The position numbers and the translations under genes were made by a program. DNA of 64,000 bases from Dehalococcoidia bacterium (GTDB lineage Bacteria; Chloroflexota; Dehalococcoidia; Plut-88900), in contig CBDFLQ010000005.1 of assembly GCA_965249275.1 (NCBI GenBank), forward strand, positions 384,001-448,000, in the 5' to 3' direction. The notes below the pieces were generated by a model. That model was not told where the DNA came from, did not search any database, and saw nothing but the letters and a program-made list of their open reading frames with translations. Of this stretch, positions 1 through 7,216 are shown one piece after another. Each line of letters starts with the position of its first letter. Position 1 is the stretch's first letter.

Positions 1-2
1 TC

Positions 3-173
3 GCATCAGGAGTGAACACCACCACTGTCACTAACTTCGCTACACCTCTATGGGCACTACAATTTGGTGACTGGTTATGGGAGAGAACGGGGGGCGAAAA
101 CATCACCCCAGAGACAGCACAGGCTCAACGGCAAGAATGGTCTCAGAACTTGGCAATCATTCCCACCGTCTAG
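3..173 (+). CDS. 3' end of a hypothetical ORF (partial), convergent with the IS1595 transposase; possible passenger gene
   Basis: Frame 3 is open from the window edge to TAG at 171-173 (...ATPLWALQFGDWLWERTGG...IIPTV*); the other + frames close early. Confidence 0.35.
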   Translation, partial: ASGVNTTTVTNFATPLWALQFGDWLWERTGGENITPETAQAQRQEWSQNLAIIPTV

Positions 174-188
174 CCATCCATACGGTAA

Positions 189-1106
189 CTACACATTGGT
201 AATTAAGTCGTCGTAGGTTAGTCGCTTGCCGTGCGTTCCCTTGATCAACCTCTTCATCTGGTCAAGGGTATCCATGGGCCGGTCGTTGTGCCGCCCAGCG
301 AACTCGGTGGCATAGCGGCTCAAGTGTTTGGGAGAGACATGGTGGTAAGTACCCATAATCCCCCGCTTGAGCATGGCCCAGTGGCTCTCGATGCTGTTGG
401 TCGTAACCTCACCCCTAACGTACTCCCCGGTGGCATGATCAACCGCTTCGTGCTTCAAGGGAATACCCCTGTAGGAGAGGTGTCCATCACTGTGCAAGGT
501 AGCGTCCGGTTCAACGTTGTCGAGAACGAATCCTTGGAGAATGGGTTTCTTCGTAGAGGGAAGCACCTCGGCCTTGATCTGATTAGTTGGCTTATCCAAG
601 AGCCCCGCCACGATGGCCTTACCTTTAGGCCCTCTCCCCATGCCTCTCCACTTCCCGCCAACGTAGGTCTCATCCACCTCGACAGGCCCTCCGAAGAGTC
701 CCTGCTCTGACTCCCACGCCTTCCGTATCCTGTGCGCCAAGTGCCAAGCTGATTTTTGGGTAATGTTGAGGTCCCGATGCAATTTCATCGAGGAAACGCC
801 CTTGAGGTTCGTGGTCATGAGGTAAATGGCGATACCCCACTTGGAGAGAGGAAGGTTGGAACCGTGCATGACGGTGCCAGTTTTGACGGAAAATTCCAGC
901 TGGCAGTAGGTGCAGTGTAAGGGCTTTACCTTGCGGTTGGGGCGACGGGTGATCTCCATGCCGCCACAGCGGGGGCATGATATACCGCTGGGCCAACGAG
1001 ACTCGATGAATAACTGCTCAGCCTTTTCCTCGGTGGAGAATAATTTAGTGACCTCCAGAAGGGACAAACCCTTCCGATAATGCTTACCTGGGGCGTTCCG
1101 TGCCAT
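189..1106 (-). CDS. IS1595-family (ISXO2-like) DDE transposase
   Basis: Zn ribbon CPRC...CTYC; KGVSSMKLHRDL HTH; VEVDETY, LHSDG and NSIES motifs; YHHVSPKHLSRY..EF.GRHN tail; ATG at 1106 with AGGAG RBS (the 1250 start is an over-extension). Confidence 0.95.
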   Translation of the reverse strand: MARNAPGKHYRKGLSLLEVTKLFSTEEKAEQLFIESRWPSGISCPRCGGMEITRRPNRKVKPLHCTYCQLEFSVKTGTVMHGSNLPLSKWGIAIYLMTTNLKGVSSMKLHRDLNITQKSAWHLAHRIRKAWESEQGLFGGPVEVDETYVGGKWRGMGRGPKGKAIVAGLLDKPTNQIKAEVLPSTKKPILQGFVLDNVEPDATLHSDGHLSYRGIPLKHEAVDHATGEYVRGEVTTNSIESHWAMLKRGIMGTYHHVSPKHLSRYATEFAGRHNDRPMDTLDQMKRLIKGTHGKRLTYDDLITNV

Positions 1107-1146
1107 GCGCTGATCTCCTACTTCGGCTATCCTTGTTGACATAACT

Positions 1147-1175
1147 ATTATAACACATCTCCTAATTTGTGTAAA
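1147..1175 (-). promoter_or_regulatory. sigma70-type promoter for the transposase
   Basis: Minus strand TTTACA-N17-TATAAT, preceded by TG (extended -10), about 40 nt upstream of ATG 1106. Confidence 0.75.
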
Positions 1176-1220
1176 CAATGCCCAAGCAATGGAGAAAACA
1201 TGGAAAATACTGCTAAAACT

Positions 1221-1250
1221 TGGACACAATTTCAGTGGAAATAGTATCAT
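1221..1250 (+). promoter_or_regulatory. Divergent sigma70-type promoter for the ncRNA array
   Basis: TGGACA(1221-1226)-N18-TATCAT(1245-1250); predicted start at about 1256-1257 coincides with the first base of the first RNA stem. Confidence 0.55.
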
Positions 1251-1256
1251 ACGGAG

Positions 1257-1410
1257 GGCAGGGTACGCAAGGAATTTATGGCACCAGGAGGCACCAATGG
1301 TCCCCTATCGGGGAATGAAACTCAGCCGGCTCCACTTTGAATAGACGTTCTGCAAAAACGTCGTGGGGTTGGCTACAAGAAGGACATTTTAGACCCTTGC
1401 ATACCCTGCC
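1257..1410 (+). ncRNA. Structured ncRNA unit 1 (long closing stem, bubble/multiloop, inner stem)
   Basis: GGCAGGGTACGCAAGG (1257-1272) pairs with CCTTGCATACCCTGCC (1395-1410), 15/16; inner AGCCGGCTCCAC/GTGGGGTTGGCT 12 bp with G-U pairs; hairpins TCCCC-TATC-GGGGA and GACGTT/AACGTC. Confidence 0.65.
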
Positions 1411-1419
1411 AATACAACG

Positions 1420-1516
1420 TGAGAGGACATGCCTGTTGGTGCAGGCCAGAATTTGCCAAACTCTTGAGAACGTTGGCATATCCAACGTTGCGGTTCGATT
1501 CCGATCCTCTCCGCCA
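1420..1516 (+). tRNA. Non-canonical tRNA-like RNA (9/3 allo-tRNA-type fold), anticodon GCC, long variable arm
   Basis: Acceptor TGAGAGGAC/ATCCTCTCC then G-CCA; D arm GCCTGT-TGGT-GCAGGC; anticodon arm AGAAT-TTGCCAA-ACTCT; variable arm AACGTTGG-CATAT-CCAACGTT; T arm CGG-TTCGATT-CCG. Confidence 0.8.
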
Positions 1517-1542
1517 TCAAATAATTTGTATTATCATATAGA

Positions 1543-1660
1543 TGAGGGGAGTAGTGGTAATCCGGTAGACTCTCGATGTTCCCAACATCGGCATTGCTTA
1601 GGTAGTGTGTGTCAGACGCTGGCACAGAGTTTTTACAGAGGAACCATCTACTCTCCTTCA
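1543..1660 (+). ncRNA. Structured ncRNA unit 3: long stem capped by a four-way junction
   Basis: Outer TGAGGGGAGTAGTGGT/ACCATCTACTCTCCTTCA; GACTCT/AGAGTT closes three abutting 7-bp hairpins CGATGTT/AACATCG, GCATTGC/GTAGTGT and GTGTCAG/CTGGCAC. Confidence 0.7.
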
Positions 1661-1673
1661 AGATTATACATGT

Positions 1674-1743
1674 CGCAGTCCCTGGCTGTGTGACAGGAAC
1701 GCCTTGGTACCAGCGTTGGGCTTTCAACCTGACTGCGCCTCCA
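1674..1743 (+). ncRNA. Structured ncRNA unit 4: small cloverleaf ending in CCA
   Basis: CGCAGTC/GACTGCG 7-bp closing stem; abutting arms CCTG/CAGG, AACGC/GCGTT and GGG-CTTTCAA-CCT; 3' tail CCTCCA. Confidence 0.5.
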
Positions 1744-1760
1744 TATCTCCTCAATTTGAA

Positions 1761-1874
1761 TGGGAAACAAGATGGACGACCAGACATATGTCACTGTTGG
1801 AGGTTTGGCAAGACCTCCTTGATGAATTAGCGCTCGTGTTCAGCGTCGCTTCATATCTGGTCGTCCATCTCCCA
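1761..1874 (+). ncRNA. Structured ncRNA unit 5: long closing stem with internal hairpins
   Basis: AGATGGACGACCAGA (1770-1784) pairs with TCTGGTCGTCCATCT (1856-1870), perfect 15 bp; flanking TGGG/CCCA; internal GGAGGTTT/AGACCTCC and GCGCT/AGCGT. Confidence 0.65.
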
Positions 1875-1904
1875 CTGCTTGATGCCTTATTGTATATAAT
1901 TCCC

Positions 1905-2800
1905 TATTCTTTTATACGAAGAGCACTAATTTCATATTTAATACTCAATACATGCCTTACTCCAAAGAGCACATGGAGAAATTTTACTCCCACATCGATA
2001 AAGACGGCAGAAAGTACAGCACTGACAATTTGAGAAGCCCTGCACCCAGACCTAATTTGACTTACGAGTACAAGGGATACAAACCTCACCCCAATGGGTG
2101 GACAGTGTCACTTGAGAGAATGAAGCGACTCGACGCAGAGGGGCGTCTTCATTTTCCGAAAAAGAAGGACGGTCGAATCCGCATAAAGAAATTCCTTGAT
2201 GAAATGCCCGGCGTGCCTATGGGCAATATATGGGATGACATCAGACCTATCTCATCTCACTCTGAAGAACGCCTAGGCTACCCTACCCAGAAACCCTTGG
2301 CCCTGCTAGAACGCGTAATTAGGGCATCCACCAACGAGGGCGATCTAGTTTTGGACCCCTTTGCGGGTTGCGCCACGGCCTGTGTCGCAGCGGAGAAACT
2401 GAAACGGCAGTGGATCGGCATTGACGTGAGCGACCTTGCAGTCAAGCACGTCTTGGAGCGCATCCAGGATGGTTACAACCAGGGCGACTTCCCGGATATC
2501 CTTGAAACAGGGTTCCATCCCGACAAGGTGGATCACTTAGTTATCAGTGGGGAGGCACGCGCCCCGCGCTACCAAGACCGCAAGCCGGAGCTATACGTAC
2601 ACCAGAACGGCAGGTGTGCGGGCTGCCACCTCGAACTCCCGGAGCGCCTTCTGGCCGTGGACCATATTAAGCCGAGATCCAAGGGGGGCGCCGACGCTAT
2701 CGAAAACCTTCAACTCCTCTGCACTGACTGCAACTCCCGCAAAGGCAACCGGGACATGAAATACCTGTTGGAGTCCCTAAAGAGGGACGGAATAATTTAG
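1905..2800 (+). pseudogene. 5'-truncated N4/N6 DNA methyltransferase (beta class) fused to a C-terminal HNH endonuclease
   Basis: GYPTQKPLALLERVI, LVLDPFAGCAT and WIGID present but no DPPY/DPPF catalytic motif; the frame upstream of ATG 1952 reads FFYTKSTNFIFNTQY up to the IS end; C-terminal CAGC..VDHIKPRSKGG....NLQLLCTDCNSRKG. Confidence 0.8.
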
Positions 2801-2818
2801 AGGCGAGGGCTTTCCAAT

Positions 2819-3757
2819 ATGACCATAGACATTCACAACCACATCTGGACCCGGGAGTATCTTTCCGACCACTGGTGGGATATTTACGCAAACTTTTTCT
2901 CTAGCTATATCACCGACTCCCCATTCTCGGGGACGCCGGAGGAGATAGACCGGAACCTGTTTGCCAAATGCTTTGATCCCGACGGCTCGGAGTGCATAGT
3001 GGAGATGGATGAGGCGGGGATAGACGTGGCCGTGGTCACGGCCATCGACGGGTCATGCGCGCTGGGGGAGGCGCCCAAGTCGATAGAGGAGCAGAACCGG
3101 GAGCTCGCCGACATCTGCGCCGCCTACCCGGAACGCTACATCTTCTTCTCGTGCATCGACCCACGGGCCCCGGGGGCGCTGGAGTTCGTCGAGCGCTCCG
3201 TCGAGGAGTGGAATGCCAAGGGATTCAAGTTTCACCCCAACATGAGTGGGCTGTATCCGTGGCACGAGGCGGCATACCCGATCTACGAACGGCTCCAGGC
3301 TCTCGGGCTTCCCGTCTTGTTTCACACGGGCCAGATGTTCGAGCCTCTCGATCCCAAGTTCAGCCAGCCAAAGGAGCTCATCCAAGTCCTCACCGACTTT
3401 CCGGATTTGAAAGTCATTGCCGCTCATCTCGGCATTGCGTCATGGCGGGAGTTGATTGAAGTGGCGCGGGACAGGCCGAACCTGGTGACAGACTTCTCGG
3501 CGTTCCAGCATGAGGCGGCCAACAACTATGGGAGGTTCTGCATCGTGCTCAGACGGGTGATCGATGGCCTGGGCGTCGATCGCGTCCTATTCGGGTGCGA
3601 CGGCCCAGTGTGGACTCGATGGTATTCCCGCAAGTGGTGGGTAGACCTTGTGAGAAACATGCCTGACAACCCCACGGAGAAGGCGTCGTTTACTCATGAA
3701 GAGGTCGAGGCCATGCTTCACGGCAACGCGGTTCGGGTGTTGGGGCTCGGGGCCTGA
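2819..3757 (+). CDS. Amidohydrolase_2 family metal-dependent hydrolase
   Basis: IDIHNH, KGFKFHP, LFHTG, IAAHLG, RVLFGCDGP, MLHGNA motifs. Confidence 0.9.
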   Translation: MTIDIHNHIWTREYLSDHWWDIYANFFSSYITDSPFSGTPEEIDRNLFAKCFDPDGSECIVEMDEAGIDVAVVTAIDGSCALGEAPKSIEEQNRELADICAAYPERYIFFSCIDPRAPGALEFVERSVEEWNAKGFKFHPNMSGLYPWHEAAYPIYERLQALGLPVLFHTGQMFEPLDPKFSQPKELIQVLTDFPDLKVIAAHLGIASWRELIEVARDRPNLVTDFSAFQHEAANNYGRFCIVLRRVIDGLGVDRVLFGCDGPVWTRWYSRKWWVDLVRNMPDNPTEKASFTHEEVEAMLHGNAVRVLGLGA

Positions 3758-3869
3758 CACTGCAACCCCCACCCCAGCCCTGGATTCCTGCCTCCGCAGG
3801 AATGACGGCATAACGTGCGTTTCGCGTCGAGGCCATGCTGCACGGCAACGCGGTCCGGGTGTTGGGGCT
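3704..3869 (+). repeat. 44-bp direct repeat of the amidohydrolase 3' end, separated by a REP-like palindrome
   Basis: 3704-3747 vs 3826-3869 with 2 synonymous mismatches; TGGATTCCTGCCTCCGCAGGAATGAC at 3781-3806 lies between them. Confidence 0.85.
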
Positions 3870-4095
3870 GAAATCGTAGGCTTCTCTTACGCCCACGCGC
3901 CCTTCGGCCCGCTCGACCCTTCGAGAGCCTCCCGCTTCGGCGGATCTGCGACAGGATGAGCGGCGGGAGTGGTGAAACGGGGCAAATACGAGCGGTGGGA
4001 GTGTGAGATGGGGTCAGAGTGATTCTTCTCCTTTGTTGCCCGTTTACGCTATACGTATTACACTGGCCCGACACCAATCAGGGAGACCGAATGCC

Positions 4096-4671
4096 ATGAC
4101 GACCAAGCAACGAGCCACCTATGCCAGTATGGAGACCAGCACCCCCGAGGACTGGGCAATCATCAAAACCCATGGGTCCCAGCGGCGGGACAAGGTCTAT
4201 AACTCCCTGATGGCTATGTTGAAACAGATGGAGCTATCCGACGACGGCGGGCCTGTCACGGGCCTCGAGCACTCCCTGCAGTCGGCCACACGGGCATACG
4301 AGGACGGCGCCGACGATGAGACCGTCTTCATCGCACTGTTCCATGACATCGGGCAGATCGTTTCGCAGGACAATCACTCGGAGGTCGCTGCGGCCATTCT
4401 CAGGCCCTACATCTCGAAGAAGAACCACTGGATCGTCCAGCATCACGGGGAGTTCCAGGGCTACTACTTCTGGCACCACGTGGGCAAGGACCGCAACGCC
4501 CGGGACAAGTACCGGGACAATCCCTACTACCAAGCATGCGTCGACTGGTGCCACAAGTACGACCAGAACGCTTTCGACGCGAACTACCCGACCAAGCCAC
4601 TGGAGTTCTTCGAACCCATCGTGGAGAGGGTAATGTCCCGGGGGCCCTGGCAGGCGTACGAGACTGCGTAG
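4096..4671 (+). CDS. HD-domain metalloprotein (phosphohydrolase or PhnZ/TmpB-like oxygenase)
   Basis: LEHSLQSATRA, ALFHDIG, NHSEVAAAILRPY, HHGEFQGYY, YDQNAFD; GGGAGA RBS. Confidence 0.85.
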   Translation: MTTKQRATYASMETSTPEDWAIIKTHGSQRRDKVYNSLMAMLKQMELSDDGGPVTGLEHSLQSATRAYEDGADDETVFIALFHDIGQIVSQDNHSEVAAAILRPYISKKNHWIVQHHGEFQGYYFWHHVGKDRNARDKYRDNPYYQACVDWCHKYDQNAFDANYPTKPLEFFEPIVERVMSRGPWQAYETA

Positions 4672-4812
4672 CCCCTCCTCCACTCATACTTCGAGAGCCT
4701 CAGCACGAGCGGCCCCACGCCCCCATCAATACTTCAACTGGCCCCTGTGTCCGCTGGAGGTCTATCCTCGACAGTATGAGCGGCCCCACATCCCTCCCTT
4801 AATTGGCGGGGG

Positions 4813-6075
4813 TCAACATGAGGGGCGTTGTGCCACCTCTGAGCCTCCCGGCATCACTGACCGGAATATCCCCGGCAATGTCCTTATACGCTCGCGGTCT
4901 ACGGCGAGGATTCCGACACTGAGGGCGACGTAGAGGGCGGCGAAGGCGAAGCGTGCTTCGTTGGAGCCTAAGAAGGCGAGAGATGTGAAGAGTTCTCCAA
5001 CAAGCTGCAACACCAGTTGCGCGGTGAACAGCACGAATAGAGCGATAGCTCCTCTCAGCGAGATTGACAACTTCAGAATCAGTACTATCGCGAATAGTGA
5101 CTGAGCCGCAGTCAAGAACACTTCTATCGCCTGCTGATTGTTCATCGCCAGCCCAACCACCTCCCACACCGATTGAGACTCAATCCAAGATATGTTGTAA
5201 GCAGTGGGCAGCGTAGCCACTAGCAGGGTCCACTGGTTCACCTTCGAGGACACCAGGATCCCAATCCCGTCCTCCCCTCTGTTCCTTAGCACGAATATGG
5301 CCGCGAGGAGCATCTCGGGGGCCTCCGAGGCCATAGGTGCGACCCACTGGATGAGCAGGAACTCACTAAGGCCGAGGCTGTGACCTGTCTCTTTAAGGCT
5401 TTCGACGAAAGGTTCGGCAACTATCAGAATTGTCCCTGCGGCTACGACAAATAAAGCTAATACCACGGTGCGGCGCTTTGCCGTAGGCAGTGCCCCTATC
5501 AGAGCCGAGGGGCCAACCAGCTCCGCCTCCACCACTTCCGACTTGAAGTTGGTCCAAACGAAGAGGCAGAAGAGGGCGCCGAGGACGAGGGTGTCGGCGA
5601 GGTGAAGCTGGCCCCTGAGAACGATAGTGAATGCGTACAGGGTGGCAATGAGCAGGATGGCCAGGGCAGGAGAGGCCCCGCCGCCGATGGACAGAGCCCT
5701 CTTGCGGGTCTTGAACCAGTAAATAAATACAACGAGGCTCCAGCCGATGCCAATGAGGAGTCGGTTGGCGCCGGTCATGTTGGCCGTGGCGAGGTTGGCG
5801 TTATCGGGGATGTAGGCGGCGGTCCAGGCCAGATAGACGTCGATGGCGTATTCGGGGAGGACGGCGACGATGGCGAGGACGGAGATGGCGAGGGCCTTGG
5901 GGATGTCGATCTCGGCGACTTCGGAGGCCCAGGACAAGAGGAATGCACTCCCGATTATGGCCAGCCCGAACAATGAAGCGGCTGCAACGTCCGGGAGGTG
6001 CGCCCCAGAGCTCCAAATAGCGAGGCCGGGGACTGTCGCGCCGATGGCAATCGGGATCCAGATGGCCTGTTTCAT
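4813..6075 (-). CDS. CaCA-family Na+/Ca2+(H+) antiporter
   Basis: About 12 TM segments; alpha repeats AVLPEYAID..ANMTGANR and ASEAPE..SSKVNQWT. Confidence 0.85.
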   Translation of the reverse strand: MKQAIWIPIAIGATVPGLAIWSSGAHLPDVAAASLFGLAIIGSAFLLSWASEVAEIDIPKALAISVLAIVAVLPEYAIDVYLAWTAAYIPDNANLATANMTGANRLLIGIGWSLVVFIYWFKTRKRALSIGGGASPALAILLIATLYAFTIVLRGQLHLADTLVLGALFCLFVWTNFKSEVVEAELVGPSALIGALPTAKRRTVVLALFVVAAGTILIVAEPFVESLKETGHSLGLSEFLLIQWVAPMASEAPEMLLAAIFVLRNRGEDGIGILVSSKVNQWTLLVATLPTAYNISWIESQSVWEVVGLAMNNQQAIEVFLTAAQSLFAIVLILKLSISLRGAIALFVLFTAQLVLQLVGELFTSLAFLGSNEARFAFAALYVALSVGILAVDRERIRTLPGIFRSVMPGGSEVAQRPSC

Positions 6076-6159
6076 GGGGTGTGGGGGGTCGGGGGTGGGG
6101 GACTTGACATTATTTGAGTTTAAGGTAGCTGAAGTTCCGAGGGACTGATAGCACTTCCA

Positions 6160-7032
6160 TTACCGACGGTTAATCGCATGCTTCTTATCACACAACTGCA
6201 CTTGGCAAAAGCGATTATCGTCAGATTTAACACCTCCCCACTCGCCGAGTATGGGGAATTCCTTGAACCCGCGGCTTTCCATGTGGTCCTTAACCGCTTT
6301 GCGGACTTCCCGATTTTGAGTCTGAAGCGGATCGATGTAGTGATGGATGAGGTTGGTAAGCGTCGCGTGCATCAAATCCGTGGGTTCAACACTTACGAGT
6401 ACGGAAGCGATTCCATCTGAATACTCGGCGTGGGAAGGCTGATCTGAGTAAACAAAAGGCGTTTCCGCTTGCTCTCTGAGCGACCTTGGCATTGATATAT
6501 GTTCTCCTGGCTCTGGATGCGTGCCAAGAATCGGCTCACTGCCCTTGGTCGGCCTTCCGGCTGCCAAGGTTGGATGCCAGAGTAGCAGTAGTTTTAGTGC
6601 ACATTGATGAGCTGCTTCCTTGGATATCGTTACATCCAGAAGACGGCCATCTCGGCCTGAGAATGCAGCTGTTACATCCTCCAAAATCCATCGGTTGCCG
6701 TCTGTTAGGGCACCGTAGAAGAGCTTTTGGTCCCAGGTGTATTTGAAAACTTGATCTTGATGGGCTTCCAGTGGCTCGTTCAGTCGCTTGGCCTCAATGA
6801 AAGCCCTCGGTTTGCCGTCCAAGCCAAGTAGAGCGTAGTCGGCCCTGCCATTACCCGCCTGATATTCAGGAGTTACCAATGCGGGGTCTGAGGCATCCCA
6901 GCCGAGCGCGTTCAGTACAGGGTCAATAAGTGCAAGGCGCGTCCGATATTCGTTCTGGCTGAGGGTGTTGCCGTGCTCGCGAATACGTCCTTGAACGGTT
7001 TGGATTGCGGTTACGAGGTCGTCCAGCAACAT
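6160..7032 (-). CDS. HsdR N-terminal-like PD-(D/E)xK nuclease domain protein
   Basis: NEYRTR..LIDPVLNALGWD, PEY, ADYAL, FIEAKR, LTDGNRW; unrelated C-terminus; lower GC. Confidence 0.8.
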   Translation of the reverse strand: MLLDDLVTAIQTVQGRIREHGNTLSQNEYRTRLALIDPVLNALGWDASDPALVTPEYQAGNGRADYALLGLDGKPRAFIEAKRLNEPLEAHQDQVFKYTWDQKLFYGALTDGNRWILEDVTAAFSGRDGRLLDVTISKEAAHQCALKLLLLWHPTLAAGRPTKGSEPILGTHPEPGEHISMPRSLREQAETPFVYSDQPSHAEYSDGIASVLVSVEPTDLMHATLTNLIHHYIDPLQTQNREVRKAVKDHMESRGFKEFPILGEWGGVKSDDNRFCQVQLCDKKHAINRR

Positions 7033-7058
7033 TATCTTGTTTTCACTCTTACCGTTTT

Positions 7059-7122
7059 CACCCTCACCCCCTCGGGGGACTCGGGGCAGGCTCTAGCCCT
7101 CTCCCATCGAGGGAGAGGGGAC
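7059..7122 (+). repeat. REP-like palindromic repeat (CCCTCACC...CCCTCTCCC-N5-GGGAGAGGG family)
   Basis: Related copies at about 15319-15524, 38454-38493 and inverted at about 47985-48072. Confidence 0.75.
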
Positions 7123-7216
7123 AGGATTCCTCCGCGAGGTGCCTGGGAGGATTGCGCAAAGGTATTATCGAAGGAGAAGGCACCGGGTTTCAAGAGCACT
7201 CCCGATCATGTACGCC

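Larger units (their letters stand above)
1..1904 (-). mobile_element. IS1595-family element, partial (other end outside the window), with about 800 bp of non-coding cargo upstream of the transposase
   Basis: 1891-1904 reads GGGAATTATATACA on the minus strand, matching the GGnnATTAT end motif of ISNwi1-group IS1595 elements; methyltransferase-like coding sequence begins right after 1904. Confidence 0.7.

Noticed and set aside
1420-1516. tRNA-Sec (selC) for the nearby selenoproteins
   Set aside because: Anticodon is GCC, not TCA, and the T stem is 3 bp rather than the 8/5 fold of bacterial tRNA-Sec
1257-1874. Retron msr-msd, CRISPR array or omega/guide RNA
   Set aside because: No reverse transcriptase, Cas, IscB or TnpB gene in the window, and the units share no repeated sequence; the adjacent HNH belongs to the interrupted target gene
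1276-2089. Short ORFs in the track across the IS cargo (1276-1485, 1337-1693, 1389-1787, 1605-2033 and others)
   Set aside because: No recognisable motifs, mutually overlapping, and the region is better explained by RNA structures
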